A DNA stretch of 63,942 bases, the filler included. It is 7 parts of 7 records of this genome, joined end to end, with 100 filler letters (N's around TTAATTAATTAA, not from the genome) between each part and the next. Parts side by side here need not be neighbours in the genome. Positions count along the whole stretch, not along the records: positions 41,195 to 48,267 come from SRR31147125_39928; positions 48,368 to 63,942 come from SRR31147125_39966; 5 more parts are not named here. The stretch is one strand, 5' to 3'. Every line of letters begins with the position of its first letter. Position 1 is the first letter of the stretch. This document shows positions 45,801-56,920 of this stretch, piece after piece. The position numbers and the translations under genes are program-made. The notes below the pieces were generated by a model. The model searched no databases. It had not been told where the DNA came from and saw only the letters and a list, made by a program, of their open reading frames with translations.

Positions 45801-48115
45801 CTAAAATTTAAAATTATACGTTACTGAAGGGATAAACTTAAACAACGAGGTAAGCACAACTTCAGTCCTGTCTGAATTAGTCTCACTATCGCGAAAGGTG
45901 ATGGTATAGGCGTTGTCGCGCGAATAATAGTTGTAAACCGAGAACGACCAGCTCGACTCAAACTTATCTGATTTCTTAGACACCCGTGTTGCCCCTAAAT
46001 CAAGGCGGTGGTAGGCTGGCATACGCTCTGCATTTCTATCAGAATACAACATTATTGTTTTGTCATCAATTTCATATTTACCAACCGGGTATGTAACAGC
46101 ATTCCCTGTATTGTACACCCAGGTGGCAGAGAATGTCCATTTTTTATCCAGTTCATACATCCCCACGATTGAGACATCATGTGTCCTGTCCTGTTTGGCC
46201 GGGTAATAGCTCCCGTTGTTTATCTCATCAAATTTTCGTTCTGTACGCGATAACGTATAACTAATCCAACCGTTAAATTTTCCTTGTTTCTTTTTAATAT
46301 AGAACTCTGTACCGTATGCTCTTCCTATGCCAAACAATATCTGTGTTTCTACATTTTCATTATAGTTTAGTTCGGCACCGTTTTTATAATCTATCTGGTT
46401 TTGCATGTCTTTGTAATACATCTCAACGGAAAATTCATACTTGTTTTTATTAAAGTTTCTGTAATATCCCAACGAGAATTGATCGGCTATTTCCGGTTTA
46501 ACATTGTTGCTGCTGGGAATCCATAAATCAGTCGGGTTTCCTGAGGTTGAATTGCTTAAAAGATGTAGATTCTGTACATTTCGTGCATACGCGGCTTTTA
46601 TGGAGCTTACCTTGTTAACCTGATAATTTAATGTTGCCCGGGGTTCGAAATTATTATAGGTCTTAACAATTTCATTTGCACCATATGTTGCTGTATCTAT
46701 TACGTTTCCTTCCGTATCGTAGGTATAAAAATTTCCCGATCCCAATGGGCTGAATGAACTAAACCGCAAACCGTACTCAATACTAAACCTGTTTGTGAGC
46801 CGTTGTTTATGCGATATATACGCGGCACTCTCCAGGGAATATTTATTTGAAAGATCTTCAAGGTTTACGTCTCCGGTACTTGTAATTGCCCCGGGTACAA
46901 TCCTGTGATAAATGGCATCAAACCCAAATTTGATAAAATTGTTATTCCCCATAAAAAATTGGTAATTCTGTTTTACCCCATAATCCTGTATCCTCGAAAT
47001 AATATTTATTTCTTCATCGGTCTCAATATGTATTTTGTAGTAATAATTACTAAAGATTAGGGATGTGTTTGAAAACAAGCGATCAGAAAACAAATGGTTC
47101 CAACGGAAAGTCCCTGTCCCATTCCCCCAGTCAATACCAAAAGAATTCATACCCATGGCATCTTTCCCAAAATATCCGGAAAGGAATATCCTGTTTTTAT
47201 CGTTGATTTTGAAATTTGTTTTGGCATTTACATCATAAAAAAACAGTTTGGTTGAATTAAGGTCGTCATCTGATGATAATTTCAAAAACAGATCGAGGTA
47301 GGTACGCCTTGCTGAAACAATAAAAGAGCTTTTATCTTTTACCAATGGTCCTTCGAGAGTTAGCCTCGAAGAAATTAATCCAATTCCCCCGCTTACTCCA
47401 AACTCTTTATTGTTGCCGTCTTTTGTAATAATATCAAGAACCGATGACAACCGGCCCCCATATTCGGCAGGCTCGTTTCCTTTGTAAATTGACATGTCTT
47501 TGACAGCATCAGAATTAAAAACCGAAAAGAACCCCATGAGATGGGAGGCATTATAGACAGTAGATTCATCCAATAGAATTAAATTTTGATCGGATGCGCC
47601 ACCACGAACATTAAATCCGCTACTACCCTCCCTGTTGATTTAACACCAGGCAGTAATTGTATGGTCTTTAGCACATCTTTTTCCCCAAATAAAACAGGTA
47701 TACTTTTTATTTCGTTAACATTTAGCTTCTGCATGCCGGTTTGTGTTTGGATAATATTTTCGTTTTTCGCCCTACTGGTGATGACAGCCTCTTCAAGTTC
47801 TTTGGTATCTTCTGAAAGATTAAAATCTATTTTTTTGGCTTCATTAAGGTTAACTTGCTTGCTGTTGGGCTGGTACCCGATAAATTGGGCAATAAGGTGA
47901 TAGTTCCCTGATGGCAACGTAATTGAATAAAACCCATATGTATTTGTAACGGTACCTTTTCCCGGAAATTCTTCTACCATTACGGTTGCTCCAATTAAAC
48001 TCTCACCTGTTTTATCATCGTTTATGTAACCACTAATTGTAAATGTTTGCTGAGCTTGTAATAATGAGGAAGTAAATATTAGTATTAAAAGAAAACCAAT
48101 TCTTAATAAATTCAT
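45801..48115 (-). CDS. TonB-dependent receptor; apparent frameshift ~47628
   Basis: TGESLIGATV, GEKDVLKTIQLLPGV, then NVRGGASDQNLILLD in the next frame; YGGRLSSVLDI; PSVTYNFKF. Confidence 0.92.
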
Positions 48116-48267
48116 TTTTAAATATTTAATTCAATATCAATAAATAAAACAACAGTAATTCATCATTGCTGCCATTGATGCTATTCGTAGATTATTTTTT
48201 TAGAAAAGGTAAATTCCTAGATCGACAGGTAACAAAAATTATTTCTTAATTTTTATCCACCCCCTGA

Positions 48268-48367
48268 NNNNNNNNNNNNNNNNNNNNNNNNNNNNNNNNN
48301 NNNNNNNNNNNTTAATTAATTAANNNNNNNNNNNNNNNNNNNNNNNNNNNNNNNNNNNNNNNNNNNN
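48268..48367. other. Artificial contig spacer
   Basis: N44-TTAATTAATTAA-N44. Confidence 0.99.
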
Positions 48368-49155
48368 ACGTGGTAAACAGGATGTGGCGCCCGCCAGGGA
48401 GCAGATGATTGCGGCAAACCTGGATTCTGTGTTTATCGTATGCAGCCTGGATCGGGATTTTAATTTGCGCCGTATCGAACGCTATCTGACTTTGGTGTAC
48501 AATTGCGGCCTGAATCCCGTCGTTATTCTGACCAAGGCAGACCTGCAACCGGATCCGCGAAAAATCGTAAGTGACGTTGAATCGGTGGCATTTGGTACCC
48601 TGTACACCTGGTTTCAGCACTGGATTCTAAAGGATTATCAGAATTGGATAGTTATCTATCCCCGGGCCAGACAATCGCTTTGGTTGGTTCGTCCGGCGCC
48701 GGCAAATCCACATTGGTGAATCGACTCGTCGGCAAGACCATACAAACCACAGCTGCCATAAGCCAAAGTGTCGGAAAGGGAAAACACACCACCACGTCCC
48801 GGGATCTTATCCAAATGCCCCAGGGTGGAATGATCATTGACAATCCCGGCATCCGGGAAATTGCTTTTTGGGATGACGAAGGTGGTATCGATAGTGCCTT
48901 TCCAGAGATCGAAGAACGTGCTGCATTTTGTCGTTTCTCCGACTGCAGTCATATACATGAACCTGGCTGCCAGGTGTTGGAGGCGGTAAAAAGTGGTGAT
49001 ATCAGTCAGGACAGACTGGAAAGCTATCATAAAATGAATCGTGAACTGACATATCTATCCCAGCGGCAGCAAAAAGTGCGGATCGGGTTGAAAAGGAACG
49101 CTGGAAAGAGGTGGCCTTGAAAGTGAAAGCCATAAAAAAAAGAAAATTTAAATGA
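48368..49155 (+). CDS. rsgA: Ribosome small subunit-dependent GTPase A family protein, 5' truncated; apparent frameshifts ~48598 and ~49072
   Basis: QMIAANLD, RRIERYL, LTKADL, GSSGAGKSTL, GKHTTT, DNPGIRE, CRFSDCSHIHEPGC. Confidence 0.92.
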
Positions 49156-49197
49156 ATGATATTAGATAACATGAAATGTTTATAGGAAGGAATCAAA

Positions 49198-49710
49198 ATG
49201 TATAGAAATATAAAAATTCGTCCTGAAACAGAAAAGGATATTGAAAGAATAGAGCACATCACTCTTGCCGCGTTTGAAAATCATCCGATTAGCAATCAAA
49301 CAGAGCACCTGATTGTGGCTGATTTGCGTAAAAAGGGCGCATTGAAGCTATCCCTGGTGGCAGAGACGGGTGGACTTGTTGTAGGGCATATCGCCTTTTC
49401 AGAAATCACCATAAATGGTGAGGATTTGTCCTGGTTTGGCATTGGCCCTGTATCTGTTGTGCCGGAATATCAAAAACAGGGAATTGGTTCAAAACTCGTA
49501 AAATCCGGATTGGAAACGATGAAGAAATTGGGGGCCAAAGGCTGTGCTCTGGTGGGTGATCCCGCGTATTATAGTCGATTTGGCTTTCAGTCCAATAAAG
49601 CACTTTTCCTGGAAGGCGTTCCGCCTGAAAATTTTATGGTCATATCATTTGATGGCAACATACCTTCAGGAAGGGTGGAATTTCATAAAGCGTTTACTGA
49701 AAACGTCTGA
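49198..49710 (+). CDS. GNAT N-acetyltransferase (YhbS-like)
   Basis: IRPETEKD, VVGHIAFS, GPVSVVPEYQKQGIGSKL, LVGDPAYYSRFGF. Confidence 0.92.
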   Translation: MYRNIKIRPETEKDIERIEHITLAAFENHPISNQTEHLIVADLRKKGALKLSLVAETGGLVVGHIAFSEITINGEDLSWFGIGPVSVVPEYQKQGIGSKLVKSGLETMKKLGAKGCALVGDPAYYSRFGFQSNKALFLEGVPPENFMVISFDGNIPSGRVEFHKAFTENV

Positions 49711-49719
49711 CACAATACG

Positions 49720-49764
49720 GCACCCGGTAGCCAAAAGTTCTTTTCAGCTTTTGGCTACCGGTGC
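49720..49764 (+). terminator. Stem-loop after the GNAT gene
   Basis: CGGTAGCCAAAAG...CTTTTGGCTACCG inverted repeat. Confidence 0.6.
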
Positions 49765-49831
49765 GATTTATTAGTATGATTTATTTGTAACAAAGCCTGA
49801 CTTTTGAAGGCATCCTAAAAAAGGTGGATAT

Positions 49832-50266
49832 GTGGAATACTTGGTAAATTACGGCTATTTTGGACTCTTTTTAACCTCATTTTTAGCCGCAACAATACTG
49901 CCGCTCAGCTCTGAGGTTGTTCTTGGTTTTTTATTATTGAATGGTTTTAATCCCATTCTGGTTGTATCCATTGCCACACTTGGAAATGTGCTTGGTTCCT
50001 GTACCAATTATGCCATTGGATATGGGGGCAGTATGTTGCTTGTACAAAAGGTTTTAAAAATCTCACAAGATGAATTCAGCAAGGCCAAACGTCGATATAA
50101 CAAATATGGAGTATTTTCCCTGTTATTTGCCTGGGTGCCTGTAATTGGTGATCCTTTGACGGTGGTTGCAGGCGGATTAAAAATAAATATTTTAGTATTT
50201 ATTATCCTGGTAACGATTGGTAAATTGGTCAGGTATATTATCGTGAGTTATATGGTTCTTTTATAG
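49832..50266 (+). CDS. YqaA/DedA family membrane protein
   Basis: FLAATILPLSSEVV, GNVLGS, LFAWVPVIGDPLTVVAG, GKLVRY. Confidence 0.92.
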   Translation: MEYLVNYGYFGLFLTSFLAATILPLSSEVVLGFLLLNGFNPILVVSIATLGNVLGSCTNYAIGYGGSMLLVQKVLKISQDEFSKAKRRYNKYGVFSLLFAWVPVIGDPLTVVAGGLKINILVFIILVTIGKLVRYIIVSYMVLL

Positions 50267-50548
50267 ATAACACCAATTTTTAATGACCTGTCCCACTGCA
50301 GAAATGTTGGATAAAAAAATGATAAATCCCTGGAGCAGACAGAGGGGAAATAAAGCCATGAGGATTAAGTGATTTCATCCTGTTTTTGAAATCATTCAAT
50401 TCATAATCCTTGTAGATTTCAGGATTGTTAGAGAAATTTTGTTCTCTACAAATTTTCCAGGCAAAGAATGGATGAGAAGAAATAGTGTGAAATTTAGTCA
50501 TTACAACAGGGCAATTAAAATCTGTTCCTGTCGGTTTTTTTAAAATGT

Positions 50549-50581
50549 AAAAAAAGGGCACAAAACGTTGTGCCCTTTTTT
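50549..50581. terminator. Bidirectional intrinsic terminator
   Basis: AAAAAAGGGCACAA-AACG-TTGTGCCCTTTTTT immediately downstream of the GH78 gene. Confidence 0.85.
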
Positions 50582-50589
50582 ATTAATTG

Positions 50590-53500
50590 TTACTTTTGCA
50601 ACAACACAGACGCCGGAATAACCTGTTTTTTAATTCCCGGGCCTTCCCAGGAAACCTGCAGGTCTTTGCCACCACCTTTTTGGAAATAGAGGACTTGTAT
50701 GGGGTGTTTACCTGCTTTTAGTCTTATATGTCCGCTTCTTTCCTGTACAGTGTGTCCACCGCCGTTATCGACAACAAGTGTGTCATTTATATAAAGGAGG
50801 CTGCCATCGTTGGATTTGGTGTAAAAGGTATAATCGCCTTTTTGGGTTATATTGATGAATCCCTGGCAGGCCAGGGCAAAGTTAAATTTGGGTGTTCCTA
50901 TCACATCCAGGTCGAATCCGAATGATGATCCACTCTCATCGGCTTCCAGTTTGTTGATTTCCGGTATATCTTCCCAGGCTCCCTTGTAAAGTTGATAACG
51001 GATGCCATTTAATTCTGAATTGACAAATTGATATGTGGCAGACGTGCTAAAACCGGGTTTATACTCTTTATGATAAACTTTGGCTGTCACAACCACGCTT
51101 TTGGTTACCGGGAATGGTTTTTCATACAGCAAAGCGTTTTTCGTGGGTTGACTCTCATCCAGGGTATAACGAATCTCAGCACCGGGTGTTGCCGAGGCGA
51201 GAGAAATCAGAATGCTATCCTTGTCGGCAATGAACGTTTCTTCCGGAGCGATTGTTGGAGTGGCCGCGTACGGGATAGGGATAAGACTTTTTACATCCTT
51301 TGATACAAAAGAGTATTGGCCGGATTCCACCTGGTAAACAGCATGCGTTCCCTGCATGCGCAGAAAGGTTATGCCCTCTGATTCGTGTGCGGGATTGTTA
51401 TTTTCAGTGACATGATCTTTGTTCGGTGCCAATATATATACCGTTGCTGTTGTATTTGTCGGGATCGTTGTTTTTAAATAGAATTGATTGTTTTTAACTT
51501 TCCAATCTGACCGGACCACACCTTTTATGGTATTTATCGAGGCTTTTACATATGGAAGCATGGGCGGTACAATGGGTTTTATGACGATGTTTTCAAATCC
51601 GGGTGCTGTTTCGTCCACATTAATGCCGGCAAGTCCTTTATAAAACCAGGCGTCCACGCTGCCAAACATCACATGATTGTTGGAGCCGCCCTGGTTCCAG
51701 AATTCAGATAGGGTTGTGCGTCCCTGCAGCAAATCATCCCAGCTGGGATAGCCGGTTTGATTGGCCAGCAGCCAGGCAATGTCTTCTTTTTCCTCTTTAC
51801 ACAGGGTTTCCATTATGTACTTTGTTCCCAAAATACCAGTGGTTAGATGACCTTTATGCCTGAGAATAATATCGTCTGTAAGGTTTTTGAGGACAGCCTC
51901 TTTGTCAGAATCGGGTACAATATTCAGGAAAAGTGGAAAGGTGTTGCAAAATTGACTGCCGGATTCATATTGTTTGGTAGCGGGATCCAGAAAGCGATTA
52001 TTGTAAGCACTTTTTATACGATCGGCTAATTGAAAATATTTTTTAGCATCCTGTTCCAATCCCAACAAGGAAGCGGATTTGGCAACAATTTCTGTTGCGT
52101 AATAATAGTAGCCTGTAGAGGTGGAAACAGGCTCGCCTCTTTTCCACCAGCCATCGGCATTGGCACTGAGCCAATCTCCGTATCTATCCTGTGGCAGAAT
52201 GAAATTTGTGGCCTGAGTGGAAAGAAAATTTACATATTTTTTCATGGCCTCATAATGTTCCTTGAGAATGCTTTTATCACCATAATGCAAATAATGATAC
52301 CAGATTATCAAATGATAACCACAGCTCCATGCCGGTGTGCCGCCCTCGTTTGTAAAAGGACGTGGAGCAATGTAAGGTATATCCCCGTTATGATTGTTTT
52401 GATTGCATTTAATATCCCGGAGCCATTTTTGGTAAAATAGATTCATGTCAAAATTGCAGATGGCTTCTTCGGCTGTTACGTGAGCATCTGCTATCCAACC
52501 CAGGCGTTCGTCACGCTGGGGGCAATCTGTGGGAAAACCCATTAGATTGGCACGTTGCGACCACAGGGTGGCGCGATGGATGTTATTAATTCTTTCGCTA
52601 CCACAATCAAAAGTACCGACAGTTGGCACGGCTGAATGGACAACATGACCTTCGATGCTATTCATATCGGGTGTACCCGGATAACCACTCAGTTCCACAT
52701 AACGAAAACCATGGTATGTAAAGTGCGGTTGATAATACTCCCGGCCACCACCTTTTAAAATGTATTCATCTATTGGTTTTGCCAAATTATTGGTGATGAG
52801 TTCGAGGGTGCCGTCTTTTTTCAGGTTTTCAGCATATCGTAATACGACTTTTTGTCCACTGGATCCATTAACAGTCAGTTTTGTCCAGCCGGAAAAATTT
52901 TGCCCCATATCAAATATATAAATGCCTTCCCTCGGATTCGTTAGAGAAACCGGTTTTATAGTTTCAATGTGTTTGATTGGATCCATTATCTGGGATACAA
53001 GTTTACCCTCAGGTGCCTTGACAATAGCAGCGTTTTCCCAGTTTGAGTCATCATAACCAGGGTTATTCCATCCCGGTTTTTCCTGTCTGGCGTCATAAAT
53101 TTCACCGTCATAAATGCAGCTGGATAAAATGGGGCCGTTGGTTACTTTCCAGGTTTCGTCCGTCCCAATTATATCTGTAGAACCATCTTTATATTCAATG
53201 TATAGCTGACAAAGAGCGCGCTTGTCACCATACCATTGCATTCGCCAGGTCCACCATTTTTTCAAAGGATTGTACCAGCCGTTTCCCAGCTGGATACCCA
53301 GGGCATTTTTATCAGTTTTTAACAGCTGCGTCACGTCATATGTATCGTAAAGGACGGTTTTAAGGAAATTCGTTTTCGCCGGAGTCATGACCTTGTCGCC
53401 GACCTTTTCGCCATTCAGGAATAATTCATAGAAACCCAGTCCGGAAATAAAAGCTATTGCCTTTTTTACAGATTTGGTTAGGGATATTTCTTTACGCAGG

Positions 53501-54063
53501 AGCAGGGAGCCTTTATGTGTGCGAATGGAATCGCCATTGGCGTCCAATGTTATCTGGCTGCTGTAATAGCCTTTTTTAGAAAGTGCCTTGTGGCTGCCGG
53601 TTTTACCGATCCAGTGCGCCTGCCAGTCCTGAGACTTTAAGGGAGCCATGCTAAAAACGGCTGGTTTACTGTAGCGGGTAACAATACCATCTTTATCCCA
53701 GACACGTACTTTCCAAAACAGGGATGAATAGCTATTCAGAGGCTTGCCGTTAAATAGTACATGTGTCGACTGGTTGGACTGAATCTGGCCGGAATCCCAC
53801 ATATCACCCACATCCTGTTGCAGGTTTTTCTCGCTGCTGGCGACCAGTATTTGAAAAGCTGTTTGCTTTTGCCCTCTTTGTTTTGACTGCAATGTCCAGC
53901 TGAGTCGGGGCGTCTCGACATCTATGGCAATTGGATTTGTACAGTATTCACATTTTAAATCCTGAATAAGGACACTGTCTTTGGTCATGTTGGCACAACT
54001 AATTACAAACAAAGCAACAACAAGCCAAAGCATAACAGTACATACTTTAACGACATGTTTCAT
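50590..54063 (-). CDS. GH78 alpha-L-rhamnosidase-family lipoprotein with C-terminal Fn3-associated and PA14 domains
   Basis: Lipobox VISC; PRLSW; IYDGEIYDAR; DMGQNFSGW; FTYHGFRY; PTDCPQRDERLGWIADA; NHVMFGS; IRYTLD; YTFYTKSNDGSLLYIN. Confidence 0.92.
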   Translation of the reverse strand: MKHVVKVCTVMLWLVVALFVISCANMTKDSVLIQDLKCEYCTNPIAIDVETPRLSWTLQSKQRGQKQTAFQILVASSEKNLQQDVGDMWDSGQIQSNQSTHVLFNGKPLNSYSSLFWKVRVWDKDGIVTRYSKPAVFSMAPLKSQDWQAHWIGKTGSHKALSKKGYYSSQITLDANGDSIRTHKGSLLLRKEISLTKSVKKAIAFISGLGFYELFLNGEKVGDKVMTPAKTNFLKTVLYDTYDVTQLLKTDKNALGIQLGNGWYNPLKKWWTWRMQWYGDKRALCQLYIEYKDGSTDIIGTDETWKVTNGPILSSCIYDGEIYDARQEKPGWNNPGYDDSNWENAAIVKAPEGKLVSQIMDPIKHIETIKPVSLTNPREGIYIFDMGQNFSGWTKLTVNGSSGQKVVLRYAENLKKDGTLELITNNLAKPIDEYILKGGGREYYQPHFTYHGFRYVELSGYPGTPDMNSIEGHVVHSAVPTVGTFDCGSERINNIHRATLWSQRANLMGFPTDCPQRDERLGWIADAHVTAEEAICNFDMNLFYQKWLRDIKCNQNNHNGDIPYIAPRPFTNEGGTPAWSCGYHLIIWYHYLHYGDKSILKEHYEAMKKYVNFLSTQATNFILPQDRYGDWLSANADGWWKRGEPVSTSTGYYYYATEIVAKSASLLGLEQDAKKYFQLADRIKSAYNNRFLDPATKQYESGSQFCNTFPLFLNIVPDSDKEAVLKNLTDDIILRHKGHLTTGILGTKYIMETLCKEEKEDIAWLLANQTGYPSWDDLLQGRTTLSEFWNQGGSNNHVMFGSVDAWFYKGLAGINVDETAPGFENIVIKPIVPPMLPYVKASINTIKGVVRSDWKVKNNQFYLKTTIPTNTTATVYILAPNKDHVTENNNPAHESEGITFLRMQGTHAVYQVESGQYSFVSKDVKSLIPIPYAATPTIAPEETFIADKDSILISLASATPGAEIRYTLDESQPTKNALLYEKPFPVTKSVVVTAKVYHKEYKPGFSTSATYQFVNSELNGIRYQLYKGAWEDIPEINKLEADESGSSFGFDLDVIGTPKFNFALACQGFINITQKGDYTFYTKSNDGSLLYINDTLVVDNGGGHTVQERSGHIRLKAGKHPIQVLYFQKGGGKDLQVSWEGPGIKKQVIPASVLLQK

Positions 54064-54389
54064 TTAAAAGGCCTCCCACATTTTGTGAATGAATGTTTTG
54101 GAATATGTTTATGTCAGGGATTACGGTAAATACCTGTCTCATTGGATAAAAAAGATAACTGAGGATAATAATTAAAACAGTGAAATTAAGGTATAAATAT
54201 AGTAAAATTAAATAAAAATGCACATACTTTTCATTTTATATCTTTGGGAACAGTTTACTTTAAATGTGGGTTTTATATAATATGCACATCGTCTCAAACG
54301 ATATTTGGATTAAATCATAAATTGTTGGTATTCCGAATCTGCTTGTTGTTTTTTCGAGTACGCGGAATGTCCCCGAAAGATGGTAAAGT

Positions 54390-54917
54390 ATGATTGTTGA
54401 TGTATTAGAGATATTACCCCTGGGCAATGTAAATCTCGATTTTCTTCTCAAATTAGGTCATGGTTTGTCAAAAAATTTGCCTGTTGTGACTGCGATAGAG
54501 AAATCTGTGGATATGCCGAAAAACGTTTTTGATCCCAAACGGAATCAATATCATTCGACAAAAATACTGAAGGATATTTATCCCGATCAAAAAAAACATG
54601 ACAAATTATTAGCCATCAGTGATTGTGATCTATATGTAGAAGAAATGAATTTTGTTTTTGGGGCATCGGATATTAAACGCGGAAGGGCTATTATTTCACT
54701 GGCCCGTTTGCAGCAGGCGTTTTATGATTTACCGGATGATCCGGATTTGTTTTTTCATCGCACACTAAAAGAAGCCATTCATGAACTGGGACATTTATAT
54801 AATCTGCAACATTGTACAAATCATTGTTGTGTCATGCATTTTTCGAATTCCCTCAAAGCGACGGATCGCAAAAGTCATAGATTTTGTTTGAATTGTCGTA
54901 ATCTTTTACCCGGATAA
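54390..54917 (+). CDS. Archaemetzincin (peptidase M54) family zinc protease
   Basis: RNQYHS, DLY..MNFVFG, IISLARL, KEAIHELGHLYNLQHC...CVMHFSNS...D.KS..FC..C. Confidence 0.9.
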   Translation: MIVDVLEILPLGNVNLDFLLKLGHGLSKNLPVVTAIEKSVDMPKNVFDPKRNQYHSTKILKDIYPDQKKHDKLLAISDCDLYVEEMNFVFGASDIKRGRAIISLARLQQAFYDLPDDPDLFFHRTLKEAIHELGHLYNLQHCTNHCCVMHFSNSLKATDRKSHRFCLNCRNLLPG

Positions 54918-55209
54918 CATTATGTTGTAAAACTACGAATTCAATTATGAATTCGTGGCGAAATCCGGTCATTTCTGTCAACATGTTTTAAATAAACTAT
55001 TCCGGAAATCTCTTCATACCGAACTGTCCCTCATGATCTCACTGATAAATGTGGAATTGAATGACTGGTGTTGGCTCTTTTTTGTCATTATGCAGAGTAA
55101 AAATGTGAATATAAACAAGCGTTATAAAGCGTTTTGAACGCCTGTTGTTTTTTTAGAGTGCGGGGATGTGAAAAGGTGACTGTATCACATGCTAATCTGA
55201 GGCAATAAA

Positions 55210-55920
55210 GTGAAAACGACAGATATTGTCCAACCGTTAATTGACTGGAAAGGACAAACCTATGCAGGGGAATTGGGAATAGAGTTGAAATATTGTGAGA
55301 AATCGGAGATCTTTAAATGGTTTCTGGCAGCTATTTTATTTGGAGCGCATATTTCAACAACTATTGCCAAAAATACTTTTTATCAATTTGAGCAGTATAA
55401 ACTCGCCACAGTAAAAGGGATTGCCATGGCCAGTTGGGATCGCCTGGTTGAAGCATTGGACGCGGGCGGTTATGCACGATTCGATTTCAAAACAGCTGAC
55501 AAGTTGATGGAGGTCGTCGATCATCTTTTAATGGAGTATAAGGGTGATCTGAATCTTTTGCATGAGAGATCTGAAAATCCACAGAATTTATCAAAGCGGG
55601 TGCAGGATTTGGGAAAAGGGATTGGTCCATTAACCGCACAGATATTTTTACGTGAATTAAGAGGGATTTGGGAAAAGTCGCAGCCACCGTTGAGTAAGCA
55701 AGCGTTACTTTGTGCCACTAAATTAATGCTGCTTGATCCTGATTTGGTGCAAGGCGACAGAGCTGTTGATGAAATGATAAAGTTATGGCAGGAATCCGGG
55801 AATCGATTAGAAGACTTTTCTGTTTTTGAAGCGGCTTTATTGCGGGTTGGAAAAGAGTTTTGTCAAAGACAACGGTGTGGTAGGTGTCAACTTTTATCCG
55901 TATGCAAGAAAGCAAATTAG
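55210..55920 (+). CDS. HhH-GPD/endonuclease III-like superfamily protein with a C-terminal 4-Cys cluster
   Basis: FKWFLAAILFGAHIS, LDAGGYARFDFKTA, HhH LGKGIGPLTAQIFLREL, CQRQRCGRCQLLSVC. Confidence 0.75.
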   Translation: MKTTDIVQPLIDWKGQTYAGELGIELKYCEKSEIFKWFLAAILFGAHISTTIAKNTFYQFEQYKLATVKGIAMASWDRLVEALDAGGYARFDFKTADKLMEVVDHLLMEYKGDLNLLHERSENPQNLSKRVQDLGKGIGPLTAQIFLRELRGIWEKSQPPLSKQALLCATKLMLLDPDLVQGDRAVDEMIKLWQESGNRLEDFSVFEAALLRVGKEFCQRQRCGRCQLLSVCKKAN

Positions 55921-56064
55921 GCAGGAATGTGAAAGAAAAAATAAAAGATGGTACTTTTAGAATCCGAGATTTGAAATTTTCAAAACTTGCAGCACGCGAT
56001 AATGTAACGTTTTTAAAGTGCATTATATTTGTCTATGTAATCTAACATAGGGGTTTTAATCTGT

Positions 56065-56766
56065 ATGGATGTGCTAAAATACGCGGAACATATTGCCAAA
56101 ATTGTATCACAAGGGAAGAAACGAAAATATTATCGTTTTCGAGGCGCTTCTTTTTATGGTGGTATCGCGACCGCTGATTGTGTTGGATGCTGTTTGAATT
56201 GTATCTTTTGCTGGTCCTGGAATATTGTTGCTAATCCGCAAGATCATGGTAAATTTTATCAACCTGAGTTTGTGGCGAAAGAGCTAGTAAAAATTGCCCG
56301 GAAGAAAAAATATCGGCATGTGAGAGTCAGTGGTAATGAGCCCACCCTCAATCGTGAGCATCTCCTGAATGTATTAAATGAAATTCCATTAAAGTATGAA
56401 TTTATTCTTGAAACAAACGGGATTTTACTAGGGCATATTAAAAGCTATTGCCATGACCTGGCTCAGTTTCCGAATCTTCATGTGCGAGTCAGTTTAAAAG
56501 GCTGTAATGCTGCAGATTTTGAACAATTGACAGGTATGAAAGGAAATGGTTTTGATCTGCAGATTAAAGCTTTGATTAATTTGCTGGATGAGGGTGTCAG
56601 TTGCCATCCGGCTGTGATGCACCGTTTTAGTAAAGTATCATCATTGGAAAAATTACTCATTCGGCTGGAAAAAATTGATCCATCGTTTCGTACTCCAGAG
56701 TTGGAACAGCTTTTGCTTTATCCGCCCGTTGAAGAACGCCTGAGAAAATTCAGGTTCATTGACTAG
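56065..56766 (+). CDS. Short radical SAM protein of an archaeal-type uncharacterised family
   Basis: RKYYRFR...FYGGIATADCVGCCLNCIFCWS (CX3CX2C), VRVSGNEPTL, FILETNG, VRVSLKG. Confidence 0.88.
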   Translation: MDVLKYAEHIAKIVSQGKKRKYYRFRGASFYGGIATADCVGCCLNCIFCWSWNIVANPQDHGKFYQPEFVAKELVKIARKKKYRHVRVSGNEPTLNREHLLNVLNEIPLKYEFILETNGILLGHIKSYCHDLAQFPNLHVRVSLKGCNAADFEQLTGMKGNGFDLQIKALINLLDEGVSCHPAVMHRFSKVSSLEKLLIRLEKIDPSFRTPELEQLLLYPPVEERLRKFRFID

Positions 56767-56920
56767 AGATTATGGTGCCCGGTTGAGCAGATATTTATTA
56801 CCGATATTTACATTACATAATTGCAATTAGACTCCGGTGTGTTTTGCATTGTACGAAGGCAATTCGTACAGATCATGATTATTCCGGCAGCATGATTTAT
56901 TTGGCATTTATTGCAATATA

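Noticed and set aside
9450..48367. Repeated TTAATTAATTAA motif, and ORFs ending in X-runs or LIN
   Set aside because: Artificial six-frame-stop linker between contigs; not a biological repeat or CRISPR.
50280..50561. 93-aa minus-strand ORF between yqaA and the GH78 gene
   Set aside because: Starts inside a terminator, has no RBS and no recognisable motif.
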